Shown here one piece after another: positions 38,734-48,517 of a DNA stretch of 64,000 nt. The number at the start of each line of letters is the position of its first letter. Positions within the stretch are counted from its first letter, which is position 1. The DNA lies in assembly GCA_963838755.1 (NCBI GenBank), contig CAWISO010000027.1:176613-240612 (forward strand), written 5' to 3'. Below the pieces are notes generated by a model that ran no database searches, was not told where the DNA came from, and worked only from the letters and a program-made list of their open reading frames with translations. Origin of the DNA: an uncultured Actinomycetota bacterium. GTDB taxonomy: Bacteria; Actinomycetota; Actinomycetes; Mycobacteriales; Mycobacteriaceae. Made by a program: the position numbers and the translations under genes.

Positions 38734-40593
38734 TCAGACAGCGGTGATGCACAGTACTTCGTCGAGGCTGGCAGTCTGCAGTCCGGCGGCGGCCGCGCGC
38801 CGCGCGAGCTCGGCGATGGGATCGGGGTGGGTGGCGTCCAGGCCGGCGGTCCGATCCAGTCGTGCCGTGTCGACCATCGCCGGTCCGGTGGCCACCGTGT
38901 CGGCCAGGACGTAGCGGCCGGCATCGGGCGTTCGGCGCACGGTGGATTCGGGCGCGCTGCTGCCGGTGAGCTTGACTGCGTCGGCAAGATTTATTGCGAC
39001 CTGGAACACGTGTAGTTCGGCGTCGAGCACCGCGGTGAGGCGGGTGATCAAACTTTCCGGGGCAAAAAATCGCCAACCATGGCCCAGGTGCAGCCAGTAG
39101 CGCCCGTGGATTTGGTCGCAGAGCTGCTTGAAGTCGGTGAACTCAAGAAACGGGTAGCGCTCGTGCAGCCTCTCGCTGTCCTGGGCTGCAAGGCCGGCGT
39201 CGATGATCAAGAAGCGTCCGACCCGCGACACGTCGGTGCAGCAATTCAGAAACGAGTTGAGTGTCTGTTCGGTGGCAGCTTGATGCGGTCCGGCGACCAG
39301 GCTGACAGTGACCTCGTTGTGCTGTGATCCGGTGTTGATGCTGCCCGCCAGCACATCTGGGTATGACGAGGCCGCCTCGAGCATGGTCGGCACTGACAAG
39401 TCGCGGTTGCCCGCAATTCGTTGCCGCTCACCGTCGGGGATGTCCGGGCGGGCCAGCAGACGTCGCCACAGCGTGAACGCTTCGGTCTGCTTACCGATAT
39501 AGAACGCACACAGCGCCTGCTGATCGACCGCGCGCCAAGCGTAAAGGTCTGGGTCCAGCACAATGACATCGTCTTCGGGTAGCGGAATTTCGGCGGCGTG
39601 CACAGCAAATAGGTAGCCGAGCTGGTAACGCTGCTCGGCGCGGTAACGTCGAGCGATGCCGTAGAGGGGCTCCGCGCGGGTCGGCCGGAACTCCCAGGCG
39701 CGCAAATAGGCATCCTGCACGTCGGGCCACGCCGTATCCAGCATCTCCATCGACTGCGCGACCCGGAGCATCGCCAAAAAGATGTCCTCGTCCGGCCCAC
39801 CGATTTCGATCATTCGCGCATACCACTTACGCGCATTGTCAAAATCGCCAGCACGAAAGTAGATCTGGGCCAGCATGCTCACCGATCGGGCATCCCCGGG
39901 GTTGCGTTCCACCTCGGGCAATAGCTGGTCGATCAAACGCTGGTGCGGATCCCCATCGCGGGGCACATCGTCGGGTTTCACAACACTGTTCGCAGCTGCC
40001 TCCAGTTGGGCCTCGGCCACCTCGAGGCGCAGCTCGTCGGCAAGGCGGCGGACCGCAGCGGCGGGCGCGGCGCGAAGTGCCTCGAAGTCAACCTGTATCG
40101 GTGCGACGCCGGTCAGCGCGTGGTCACGCGCGGCGATCAGGCGTGCCGTCGACTCAGCCCGCTCGTGCTCATTCGCAAACCATTCGAGTCGATTCAGCGA
40201 CGCCACTACTTTCTCGAATGGTCGGTCCACCACCACCGGCACAATTGGAATCCCGGCGGCTCGGATGACATCGATCGCAAGGCATAGCAGCGGGTCTTTG
40301 GCGCCAGGCCGACGCCCCGCCATGCGGGCAGCACGGCAATGCTGGTCAGCCCAATTGCGAAGTTTCGCCTCGAAAGAACGAGGATCCATTTGCAGCCGAA
40401 GGCTACGTTCGTTGAAAGCCCGGCGGCACAATTGGCTAAGCCGCGAATCTTCCCAGCTATTGTCCAATTCGCGATAGGTCCAGGTGAAATCTGCGCCCAT
40501 GAACACGCCGAGGTGGTGCAGCACGCCGGCGACGGCCGACGTACCTCCGCACCGCGGGCCCAGCACGACGATGATCGGCTCTGCGAACGCCAT
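38734..40593 (-). CDS. Sulfotransferase-like N-terminal domain fused to TPR repeats and a C-terminal glycosyltransferase-like region
   Basis: [17 protein letters not shown] and KDP motifs; TPR-like ..NP.DARS...[26 protein letters not shown]; GGGAGGG RBS. Confidence 0.75.
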   Translation of the reverse strand: MAFAEPIIVVLGPRCGGTSAVAGVLHHLGVFMGADFTWTYRELDNSWEDSRLSQLCRRAFNERSLRLQMDPRSFEAKLRNWADQHCRAARMAGRRPGAKDPLLCLAIDVIRAAGIPIVPVVVDRPFEKVVASLNRLEWFANEHERAESTARLIAARDHALTGVAPIQVDFEALRAAPAAAVRRLADELRLEVAEAQLEAAANSVVKPDDVPRDGDPHQRLIDQLLPEVERNPGDARSVSMLAQIYFRAGDFDNARKWYARMIEIGGPDEDIFLAMLRVAQSMEMLDTAWPDVQDAYLRAWEFRPTRAEPLYGIARRYRAEQRYQLGYLFAVHAAEIPLPEDDVIVLDPDLYAWRAVDQQALCAFYIGKQTEAFTLWRRLLARPDIPDGERQRIAGNRDLSVPTMLEAASSYPDVLAGSINTGSQHNEVTVSLVAGPHQAATEQTLNSFLNCCTDVSRVGRFLIIDAGLAAQDSERLHERYPFLEFTDFKQLCDQIHGRYWLHLGHGWRFFAPESLITRLTAVLDAELHVFQVAINLADAVKLTGSSAPESTVRRTPDAGRYVLADTVATGPAMVDTARLDRTAGLDATHPDPIAELARRAAAAGLQTASLDEVLCITAV

Positions 40594-40665
40594 CACGCCC
40601 TCCCGCAGTCCCGAATGCCAGGAACGGTACCTGACGGTCGTTCGACCCGCAGGTTGGCAGTTGAC

Positions 40666-41187
40666 CTAGACGCGCCTGCGTTCCCGTTCGGCGGCCAGCT
40701 CGGTGCTGACCACGTCGTAGGCCATCGTCTGGTCGAACCCGCGCCGCGCCAGCATCGCCACCAACCGGCGGCTTACCCGGACGTCGTCGTCACCCAGGTT
40801 TTCTCGCCGCAGCCTGGCCTGCACTAGCTGCTCGGCGCGGCCGCGTTCGGCAGCGGGGTTGATCGCACCGAGCACCGAGGTGATCACGTCGTTGTCCACG
40901 CCCTTGGTGTGCAGCTCAGCGGCCAACGCGCGCTTGCCTTTTCCTGCGTTCACCCGGCGTGAGTGCACCCACTGTTCGGCGAAGCCGGCGTCGTCCACCA
41001 GCCCCACGTCGGCCAGTCGGTCCAGCACCCGGACGCTGATGTCGTCGGGATATCCGCGCTTCGCCAGCTGGCCGGCCAGCTCGGCGCGGGTGCGGGCCCG
41101 CGCGGTGAGCAGGCGCAGGCACAGTGCCCGCGCCAGCTCCTCGCGAGACGGCTCAGAAATCGACGGGGGCGGGCAAGACGCCGTCAT
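40666..41187 (-). CDS. recX: Regulatory protein RecX
   Basis: [28 protein letters not shown]; overlaps recA end. Confidence 0.95.
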   Translation of the reverse strand: MTASCPPPSISEPSREELARALCLRLLTARARTRAELAGQLAKRGYPDDISVRVLDRLADVGLVDDAGFAEQWVHSRRVNAGKGKRALAAELHTKGVDNDVITSVLGAINPAAERGRAEQLVQARLRRENLGDDDVRVSRRLVAMLARRGFDQTMAYDVVSTELAAERERRRV

Positions 41188-42205
41188 CGGTCAGCTCATC
41201 CGTCACCACTGCGCCAATGCCGAGCTTTTCCTTGATCTTCTTCTCGATTTCGTTGGCCACGTCGGTGTTCTCCAGCAGGAAGTTGCGGGCGTTCTCCTTG
41301 CCCTGACCCAGCTGCTCGCCCTCGTAGGTGAACCAGGACCCGGACTTGCGGATGAAGCCCTGGTCCACACCCATGTCGATCAGTGAGCCTTCCTTACTGA
41401 TGCCCTTGCCGTAGAGGATGTCGAACTCGGCCTGCTTGAACGGTGGGCTGACCTTGTTCTTGACGACTTTGACCCGGGTGCGGTTACCCACCGCATCGGT
41501 ACCGTCTTTGAGTGTCTCGATTCGCCTGACATCCAGGCGAACTGAAGCGTAAAACTTCAATGCCTTTCCGCCCGTTGTTGTTTCGGGTGAACCGAACATC
41601 ACACCAATCTTCTCGCGAAGCTGGTTGATGAAGATCGCGGTAGTACCCGAATTGCTCAGCGCGCCCGTCATTTTCCGCAATGCCTGGCTCATCAGCCGGG
41701 CCTGCAGACCGACGTGGCTGTCGCCCATCTCACCTTCGATCTCCGCCCGCGGCACCAGCGCGGCCACCGAGTCGATGACCAGAATGTCCAGCGCGCCGGA
41801 GCGGATCAGCATGTCGGCGATCTCCAGCGCCTGCTCGCCGGTGTCGGGCTGGCTGACCAATAGCGAATCGGTGTCAACACCCAGCTTCTGGGCATAGTCG
41901 GGATCCAGTGCATGCTCGGCATCGATGAACGCCGCAATGCCGCCGGCGGCTTGGGCGTTGGCCACCGCGTGCAATGCGACGGTGGTCTTACCCGAGGACT
42001 CCGGGCCATAGATCTCCACGATCCGGCCGCGCGGCAGGCCGCCGATGCCCAGAGCAACGTCCAGTGCGATCGACCCGGTCGGGATGACCGAGATCGGCTG
42101 ACGGACCTCGTCACCGAGGCGCATCACTGAGCCTTTGCCGTAATTCTTCTCGATCTGGGCCATCGCCAGTTCGAGGGCCTTCTCGCGGTCAGGAGCTTGT
42201 GCCAT
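41153..42205 (-). CDS. recA: Recombinase RecA, 350 aa, no intein
   Basis: [42 protein letters not shown] uninterrupted. Confidence 0.99.
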   Translation of the reverse strand: MAQAPDREKALELAMAQIEKNYGKGSVMRLGDEVRQPISVIPTGSIALDVALGIGGLPRGRIVEIYGPESSGKTTVALHAVANAQAAGGIAAFIDAEHALDPDYAQKLGVDTDSLLVSQPDTGEQALEIADMLIRSGALDILVIDSVAALVPRAEIEGEMGDSHVGLQARLMSQALRKMTGALSNSGTTAIFINQLREKIGVMFGSPETTTGGKALKFYASVRLDVRRIETLKDGTDAVGNRTRVKVVKNKVSPPFKQAEFDILYGKGISKEGSLIDMGVDQGFIRKSGSWFTYEGEQLGQGKENARNFLLENTDVANEIEKKIKEKLGIGAVVTDELTDDGVLPAPVDF

Positions 42206-42264
42206 GGTGCTACCTCTCGGTGTAGTCGGTGTTCTTCTCGACCGGTATCGGTCAGTTGGCCGCG

Positions 42265-42287
42265 ACGTTAAAGCAGCCCACCGACAA
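42265..42287 (-). promoter_or_regulatory. recA P1 RecA-NDp (PafBC-type) promoter
   Basis: Minus strand TTGTCGGTG-GGCTGCTT-TAACGT. Confidence 0.85.
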
Positions 42288-42317
42288 GTCGGCCTCTGGA
42301 GAACACTCACCACAGTA

Positions 42318-42333
42318 ACGAACAGATGTTCGA
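42318..42333. promoter_or_regulatory. LexA SOS box of recA P2
   Basis: ACGAACAGATGTTCGA. Confidence 0.88.
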
Positions 42334-42437
42334 TAGCAAGAAGACGCGCCGTGTCTTCGTCGAGATTGCACTGACGCTGTGCTCAGTGCCGGCGCCACGA
42401 CCCTCAGCGCGATCTCAACCCGGGCGAGCGGCAGACC

Positions 42438-42632
42438 TCACCACTGTTCGCGGGGGACGTCGAAGTCGACGCACAACGCTCGCCACACATCGCGCGGGTC
42501 CACGCCGTCCTCGATCGCCTGTGCGCCGGTGCGCCCGTCCAACCCGGTCAGCACGTGATCGGCTAACACCGAGGCGCCGTAGGTGACGCCGAACCGCAAG
42601 GTGATCAGTTCGTGAAATTCCGTCAGCCGCAC
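42438..42632 (-). CDS. DUF3046 protein (Rv2738c orthologue)
   Basis: (M)RLTEFHEL....FG..YG..VL.DHVL..L.GRT..QAIEDG. Confidence 0.88.
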   Translation of the reverse strand: MRLTEFHELITLRFGVTYGASVLADHVLTGLDGRTGAQAIEDGVDPRDVWRALCVDFDVPREQW

Positions 42633-42642
42633 GCCACTCAAC

Positions 42643-43815
42643 CTACCGAGCCGACGCGAGCGCTTGGTGGCATACCTGTACCGGATCGGTGACATCGGCG
42701 ATGCTGGCCGAGGCGCGCTGCGCAGCGTCGCGATAGCACGGCGTCGACAACACCGCATCGACGGCGGCGACCAACGCGTCGGCGGTCAACGGACGAACCA
42801 GCCGCCCACTGCCCTGGCGCGCCACCCGGTTCGCGATCTCCCACTGGTCCCCGCCACCGGGAACCACCACCAGCGGCACACCGGCTAGCAGTGTCTTGGC
42901 CACCATTCCGTGCCCGCCACCGCAGATCACCACGTCGGCATGGGCCAGCAGCTCGTCCTGGCGTCCCGGCCCGGCCACCGCCCACGGCGGCACGGTCAGA
43001 TCCGGGCCGCCCAGCCGCGACACCACCACCCGCGCGCCGGCGGGCAAAGTGGTTCCGGGTACCAGACTGTCCAGGGCGGTCTGGGCCATCCCCTGGGTCC
43101 CGATCAACGCCGTCGACGGCGCCACCACCACAACCGGCCCGTAGCCTGCCGGGATCGCCAGTAGCTGCTCGGTCGGCTCGAAATGCAGCGGGCCCACCAG
43201 AACGGCTTCGGTCGGCCAGTCAGGACGCGGGACCTCCAGGGCAGGCAGTGTCGCGATCAGCCGTCGCAGCGGCCCGGGATCGCTGGCGGGCAGACCGATG
43301 TCGACGCGGACCGCCGAGCGCTGGCGAATACCGGCCCGCCAGGATCGTGCGGTCAGCGCGCGCATCGCGGCGTCCCGTAGCCGACCCCGCACGCCGGTGC
43401 CCGGCGCCAGCCCGCTGCCCAACGGCGGCAGCCCCTTCGACGGCCGGTAAAGCGGATGCGGGTTGAGTTCGACCCACGGAATTTCCAGCAACTCGGCGGA
43501 CATCCCACCGCAGGCGGTGATGACATCCGACACCACCAGGTCCGGGGTCAACGAGCGCAACTGCGGCAGGTTGAGCACGGCCATCCGCGCGGCGCGATGG
43601 TGAATCTTGGCCCCGGCGTCACGATCGTCGTCGTCGGCGGTGGGATCAAGCCCCGCCAGTTCGACGGCGTCGACGCCGGCGGCACGGGCTGTCTCGAGCC
43701 ATTCGGTGCCGGTAAGCAGGGTCGGTGTGTCGCCGGCCGCCGAAAAAAGCCGACACAGCGCGATGGCCGGAAACGAATGCCCCGGGTCTGGTCCAGCGAC
43801 CACGGCAACGCGCAT
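42643..43815 (-). CDS. GT-B glycosyltransferase (Rv2739c orthologue)
   Basis: GPDPGH.FP, CGGGHG...K.L.AGVP.VVVPGGGDQ. Confidence 0.9.
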   Translation of the reverse strand: MRVAVVAGPDPGHSFPAIALCRLFSAAGDTPTLLTGTEWLETARAAGVDAVELAGLDPTADDDDRDAGAKIHHRAARMAVLNLPQLRSLTPDLVVSDVITACGGMSAELLEIPWVELNPHPLYRPSKGLPPLGSGLAPGTGVRGRLRDAAMRALTARSWRAGIRQRSAVRVDIGLPASDPGPLRRLIATLPALEVPRPDWPTEAVLVGPLHFEPTEQLLAIPAGYGPVVVVAPSTALIGTQGMAQTALDSLVPGTTLPAGARVVVSRLGGPDLTVPPWAVAGPGRQDELLAHADVVICGGGHGMVAKTLLAGVPLVVVPGGGDQWEIANRVARQGSGRLVRPLTADALVAAVDAVLSTPCYRDAAQRASASIADVTDPVQVCHQALASAR

Positions 43816-43851
43816 CGCCCTACCCTGCCACAGCGGATTAGGGTGGTGATC

Positions 43852-44274
43852 ATGACCGAGCAGACTGTTGAAAACACCCGCACTGTCGAGGTCTTCCTGC
43901 ACGCGTTGCAGGACGCGGACCTCGAGACCGCAAGCGCCGCTTTGGCCGAGGACCTGGTCTACCAGAACGTCGGGTTGCCTACGGTCCACGGCCGCAAAAG
44001 GGCGATCAAGCTCTTCAGCTCGCTAGGCGGTGCCACCTCGTTCGAGGTGAAGATCCATCGCATCGCCGCCGACGGCTCGGCCGTTCTCACCGAGCGCACC
44101 GACGCGCTGATCTTCGGCCCGCTGCGGCTGCAGTTCTGGGTCTGCGGTGTGTTCGAGGTCCGCGACGGACAGATCACGCTGTGGCGGGACTATTTCGACT
44201 TCTTCGACATGTTCAAGGCGACGCTACGGGGCCTGGCCGGGTTGGTGCTCCCGTCGCTGAAGGCGTCGTTCTAA
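43852..44274 (+). CDS. ephG: Limonene-1,2-epoxide hydrolase family (Rv2740 orthologue)
   Basis: YQNVG, VLTERTD, VCGVFEV, WRDYFD. Confidence 0.9.
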   Translation: MTEQTVENTRTVEVFLHALQDADLETASAALAEDLVYQNVGLPTVHGRKRAIKLFSSLGGATSFEVKIHRIAADGSAVLTERTDALIFGPLRLQFWVCGVFEVRDGQITLWRDYFDFFDMFKATLRGLAGLVLPSLKASF

Positions 44275-44276
44275 CG

Positions 44277-44657
44277 ATGCGCACCCGGCCGAACGCGCTC
44301 GAGTACGTCCGTTATTGCTACGGCCGGCGGCTACCCGACTCGATGCGCGACTGGGTACGCAACGATCTGGCCGGCAAGGGTGCCACCGCACGGATGATGA
44401 TTCGGGTGGCTGTCCCCGCGGTACTGGTGCTTGCCCCGTTCTGGCTGATTCCGACGACGCTGGACGTCCACTTGACCATGACGCTGCCGATTCTCATTCC
44501 GTTCGTGTACTTCTCGCATGCGCTCAACAAGGTGTGGCGCCGCCACATGCTGCAGGTGCACGGCCTCGACCCGGACCTGGTCGACGAACGCCGTCGCCAG
44601 CGCGACGCCCACATCCATCAGGCTTACATCGAACGCTACGGCCCGCGGTCGGATTGA
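44277..44657 (+). CDS. DUF5313-like small membrane protein
   Basis: RPN...Y..Y.YG..LP.SMR.WV..DL.G; two TM helices. Confidence 0.8.
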   Translation: MRTRPNALEYVRYCYGRRLPDSMRDWVRNDLAGKGATARMMIRVAVPAVLVLAPFWLIPTTLDVHLTMTLPILIPFVYFSHALNKVWRRHMLQVHGLDPDLVDERRRQRDAHIHQAYIERYGPRSD

Positions 44658-44660
44658 CGG

Positions 44661-45476
44661 CTAGGCCCGGGGTAGCCCACCCAGCTCGTCGAAGGCCTGC
44701 GCCCAACCGACCAGCCGATCCGTGGCACCGACGAGCTCGTCACGGTAGCGCTGCCGTGAGACCGGCGCAGCCGCATCGCCGTTTGCTGACGAAACCAATT
44801 GCGCTGCGGCAGTGACCATTTCGTTGTACTGGCGAACGCCAGAGCTCAACTGGGCGGTGAACGCGTTGATGGTCGGCACCAAATATGAGCGTGATTGCGG
44901 AGCGTAGTTCACCGCCTGCTCCATCGACACCACTTCAGCGGCCGTTGCCGCCATGGCGACGGCAGACTTGTTGGCCGCCGCACTCAGGTCACGTATTTCG
45001 GTGGCGGGCAACATGTTGCCGCGCTCCATGACCCCCAGCAGCGAGAAGAAGCCTCGTTCGGAGGCGCCCAGCGCAAACATCGCCGAGCGTGCCGCCGAAC
45101 TGTGCGGCGGTAGTCGTCGGTTGCCGGCCGGCCGCTGCGCGGGCAGCGGCTCCGCGCGCAACCAGCGGTAGCGAAGCAGCAACAACGTCGCTATGCCCGC
45201 CTGCACGACTGCGATCGAGCCGGTGCCCACCAACAACAATGCAAACCAGCCCCAAGCGGCCAGCAGCAGGGTCACCACAGCCCAGAACACGCATCCTGCG
45301 CTGAATATCAGGCCCCAACGCAGCGCACGGCGGCGCCGGCGCAGCAGCCGGGCCCGCGGATCGCTGATCTTCGCCGCCACCAGGTCGGAAAGCTCATTGG
45401 CGGTGTCCAGCGCGCGCTGCAGCAAGGCACGCCACGACCCACTGCGCACAGCGCCGCGACCGTACTCCACCGCCAT
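44661..45476 (-). CDS. pspM: Phage-shock membrane protein PspM (Rv2743c orthologue)
   Basis: DPRARLLRRRR, TM pair, RL.GWAQAF; operon with pspA. Confidence 0.88.
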   Translation of the reverse strand: MAVEYGRGAVRSGSWRALLQRALDTANELSDLVAAKISDPRARLLRRRRRALRWGLIFSAGCVFWAVVTLLLAAWGWFALLLVGTGSIAVVQAGIATLLLLRYRWLRAEPLPAQRPAGNRRLPPHSSAARSAMFALGASERGFFSLLGVMERGNMLPATEIRDLSAAANKSAVAMAATAAEVVSMEQAVNYAPQSRSYLVPTINAFTAQLSSGVRQYNEMVTAAAQLVSSANGDAAAPVSRQRYRDELVGATDRLVGWAQAFDELGGLPRA

Positions 45477-45489
45477 CTCGCTCCCTCGT

Positions 45490-46320
45490 CTACTGCTGAG
45501 TAATAGGCTTCTCGGTCGGGGCGGTGCGAGGGGACGCGGCCGGCGTACCGGAGCTGGCCGCCTGCTCGCCCGCCGCCGCTCCCCCGGCAGGCAGAGACTC
45601 GCCGCGCATCGAGGCGCGGATCTGCTCTAAGCGGGAATGGCCGGCCATCTGCACACTGGCCTGCTCCACCTCGAGCATCCGGCCCTGCACGGAATTCTGG
45701 GCGAGCTCGGCTGCGCCCAGCGCATTGGCGTATCGGCGTTCGATCTTCTCGCGGACCTCATCGAGGCTCGGGGTGTTCCCCGGCGCGGCGATCTCGCTCA
45801 TCGACCGCAGTGACGCGCTGACCTGCTCTTGCATCTTGGCCTGTTCGAGCTGGCTGAGCAGCTTGGTGCGTTCGGCGATCTTCTGCTGAAGCATCATCGC
45901 GTTCTGCTCGACGGCCTTCTTGGCCTGCGCGGCGGCGGCAAGCGCCTGGTCGTGCAGTGCCTTGAGGTCTTCAACGCTCTGCTCAGCGGTCACCAACTGG
46001 GCTGCGAACGCCTCGGCGGCATTGTTGTATTCGGTGGCTTTGGCGGTGTCTCCGGAGGCGGTGGCCTGGTCGGCCATTGTCAGTGCCTGCCGCACGCTGA
46101 CTTGAAGCTTCTCGATGTCCGCCAGCTGCCGGTTCAGCCGCATCTCGAGTTGGCGCTGGTTGCCGATGACTTGCGCAGCCTGCTGGGTCAGCGCCTGGTG
46201 CTGGCGCTGCGCTTCCTCGATGGCCTGCTGGATCTGCACTTTGGGGTCGGCATGCTCGTCGATCTTCGCGTTGAACAGCGCCATCACGTACTTCCACGCT
46301 TTGACGAACGGATTGGCCAT
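45490..46320 (-). CDS. pspA: PspA/IM30 family 35 kDa antigen (Rv2744c orthologue)
   Basis: [22 protein letters not shown], coiled coil. Confidence 0.95.
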   Translation of the reverse strand: MANPFVKAWKYVMALFNAKIDEHADPKVQIQQAIEEAQRQHQALTQQAAQVIGNQRQLEMRLNRQLADIEKLQVSVRQALTMADQATASGDTAKATEYNNAAEAFAAQLVTAEQSVEDLKALHDQALAAAAQAKKAVEQNAMMLQQKIAERTKLLSQLEQAKMQEQVSASLRSMSEIAAPGNTPSLDEVREKIERRYANALGAAELAQNSVQGRMLEVEQASVQMAGHSRLEQIRASMRGESLPAGGAAAGEQAASSGTPAASPRTAPTEKPITQQ

Positions 46321-46396
46321 GGATTAGCTCCGCCTTCGTGTGTCGGTGTTGACACTCAATTTATCGGTTTCCCGCGGATCGCCACACCCTTGCGTG

Positions 46397-46723
46397 CTAA
46401 GCGACAGCCATCGAGACAACCGGCGGAATGACGACCTTCGTGCTGGCATCGATATTGGCCGCGCTGGCCGCAGGAAGCTCTGTGTGCTGCTGACCTGCCA
46501 GTTGCTCACCCGCCTCGGCGAGCAGCTGCGACAACGAAACATCCAAGGCGTCGCAGATCGCATTCAGCAGCTCGCTGGATGCCTCCTTGCGTCCGCGCTC
46601 GACTTCAGACAGGTAACCCAGGCTGACCCGCGCCGCGTCGGACACTTCGCGCAGGGTCCGGCGTTGGGTGGTTCGGGCTCGACGCAGCACGTCGCCCAGG
46701 ACCTCGCGCAGCAATGACGGCAT
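46397..46723 (-). CDS. clgR: Transcriptional regulator ClgR
   Basis: [43 protein letters not shown]. Confidence 0.95.
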   Translation of the reverse strand: MPSLLREVLGDVLRRARTTQRRTLREVSDAARVSLGYLSEVERGRKEASSELLNAICDALDVSLSQLLAEAGEQLAGQQHTELPAASAANIDASTKVVIPPVVSMAVA

Positions 46724-46767
46724 CACGCTCTCCTTCAGTCCGCTCAGCGGAGATTGTTCATCAGGTC

Positions 46768-46795
46768 CAACGCCCGCCACGGCGCCGTTGGTTCC
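46768..46795 (-). promoter_or_regulatory. SigE/SigH-type promoter upstream of clgR
   Basis: Minus strand GGAAC-N18-CGTTG. Confidence 0.65.
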
Positions 46796-46803
46796 CGGTG
46801 GCC

Positions 46804-47307
46804 TCAGGCTGCTGCGACCAGCGCCCGCAGCCTGCTGATCGACTCGCGCACCGCCGCGATGCGGATATCCCAGCGCGTCCCGCTGAACTGCAATTCGACC
46901 ACCTCGGTGGCACCGTATTCACCGGGCCCGGCCAGCGCCATGAACACCGTGCCCACCGCATGCCCGCCGTGCGGCTCGGGTCCGGCCACCCCGGTCAAAC
47001 CGACACCCCAGGTCGCCGTGCAGCGTTCGCGCGCGCCAACGGCCAACGCCCGGGCGGTCGGCGCCGCCACCGGCCCGACCTCTGCGAGGATCTGGGGTGC
47101 GACGCCGGCCAGCGCCATCTTGGTGTCCTCGGTGTAGGTGATCAGCCCGCCGCGCAGCACCTCGCTGGCGCCGGCGACTCCGGCGATGGTGGCGGCAAGT
47201 AGGCCGCCGGTCAGTGACTCCGCGGTGGCGACGCTCTGCCTGCGTACGGTCAGATCGGCGACCAGCCCACGGGCGTCGTCAGTCAGCAGTGGGTCGTCCA
47301 CGGACAT
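46804..47307 (-). CDS. CinA C-terminal domain protein (NMN deamidase-like)
   Basis: [17 protein letters not shown]...Y, TGVAGP. Confidence 0.9.
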   Translation of the reverse strand: MSVDDPLLTDDARGLVADLTVRRQSVATAESLTGGLLAATIAGVAGASEVLRGGLITYTEDTKMALAGVAPQILAEVGPVAAPTARALAVGARERCTATWGVGLTGVAGPEPHGGHAVGTVFMALAGPGEYGATEVVELQFSGTRWDIRIAAVRESISRLRALVAAA

Positions 47308-47875
47308 CCCTTGCCGCCGATGCGACGTAATCCACGCCGGTGACCACGGTCAGCACGATCGCCGCCGCCATCACCACTTGTGCAACCACCAACCACGATC
47401 CCGACAAAGGCAGCACGAACAACCCGATCGCGACGGCCTGCACCAGGGTTTTGAGTTTGCCGCCGCGGCTGGCGGGGATGACGCCGCGACGTAGCACTGC
47501 AAACCGCAAAATAGTGATCCCGACCTCGCGGGCCAGGATCACCAGCGTCACCCACCAAGGCAGATCCCCGAGCATCGACAGCCCGATCAACGCCGCGCCG
47601 ACGAGCGTCTTGTCCGCGATCGGGTCGGCCATCGTGCCGAATTCGGTGACCATGCCGTAGTTGCGGGCCAGCGCGCCATCAAGGCGATCGGTGACGACGG
47701 CGACGGCGAAAATCACGAAAGCGGCAATGCGGCTGACGGTTTGGTGGCCATTGTCGGCGAACAGCGCCAGCAAGAACACTGGGACCAGCACCAGTCGCAG
47801 CAGCGTGAGCATGTTGGCGATGTTGGTTACCCGGACGCGCGGGACTACCGGACCGGTGTGAGGCTGACCCGACAC
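47279..47875 (-). CDS. pgsA3: CDP-diacylglycerol--glycerol-3-phosphate 3-phosphatidyltransferase
   Basis: N.AN.LT..R, TD..DG..AR......FG...DPIADK. Confidence 0.93.
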   Translation of the reverse strand: MSGQPHTGPVVPRVRVTNIANMLTLLRLVLVPVFLLALFADNGHQTVSRIAAFVIFAVAVVTDRLDGALARNYGMVTEFGTMADPIADKTLVGAALIGLSMLGDLPWWVTLVILAREVGITILRFAVLRRGVIPASRGGKLKTLVQAVAIGLFVLPLSGSWLVVAQVVMAAAIVLTVVTGVDYVASAARDVRGRPTAD

Positions 47876-47929
47876 GGCAACAGAATATCGGTTGCCGACC
47901 CGATAAGCCGAAACCGATACTGTGCATTC

Positions 47930-48451
47930 GTGAACGAAGCGGGCGGTCCACCGGCCAACGGGCCGGCGCTACGGCGCGCGCGAACCTCTGATGTTCCGGC
48001 AATCAAGCGGCTCGTCGACACCTATGCGGGCAAGATCCTGCTGGAAAAGAACCTGGTGACGCTGTATGAAGCCGTCCAGGAATTCTGGGTGGCCGAGCAT
48101 GACGGCGAGGTGGTCGGCTGCGGCGCGCTGCACGTGCTGTGGTCCGATTTGGGCGAGGTGCGCACGGTGGCCGTCGCCCCCGCGATGACCGGCCAAGGCA
48201 TCGGCCACGCCATCGTCGACCAGCTGCTACGCGTCGCTCGCGACCTGCAGCTGCAGCGGCTGTTCGTGTTGACCTTCGAGACCGAGTTCTTCGCCCGGCA
48301 CGGCTTCACCGAGATCGAAGGGACGCCGGTGACCGCCGAGGTGTTCGACGAGATGTGCCGCTCCTATGACATCGGTGTCGCGGAGTTCCTGGATCTCAGC
48401 TATGTCAAGCCCAACATCCTGGGCAACTCGCGGATGCTGCTCGTGCTCTAG
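47930..48451 (+). CDS. argA: Amino-acid N-acetyltransferase (Rv2747 orthologue)
   Basis: RRARTSDV, LYEAVQEFWVAE, GCGALHV, GQGIG GNAT motif; TACTGT -10 before GTG. Confidence 0.9.
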   Translation: MNEAGGPPANGPALRRARTSDVPAIKRLVDTYAGKILLEKNLVTLYEAVQEFWVAEHDGEVVGCGALHVLWSDLGEVRTVAVAPAMTGQGIGHAIVDQLLRVARDLQLQRLFVLTFETEFFARHGFTEIEGTPVTAEVFDEMCRSYDIGVAEFLDLSYVKPNILGNSRMLLVL

Positions 48452-48456
48452 TCGCG

Positions 48457-48514
48457 CGAGCAGACGCAGAGTCGCATAAAAGCGGCCTTAGCAATGCGAT
48501 TCTGCGTCTGCTCG
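48457..48514. repeat. REP-like palindrome / bidirectional terminator between argA and ftsK
   Basis: CGAGCAGACGCAGAGTCGCAT...ATGCGATTCTGCGTCTGCTCG inverted repeat. Confidence 0.8.
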
Positions 48515-48517
48515 GCG

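Noticed and set aside
41153-42205. RecA intein
   Set aside because: Both known insertion contexts (MFG|SPE and VVKNK.SPPF) are uninterrupted and the protein is 350 aa.
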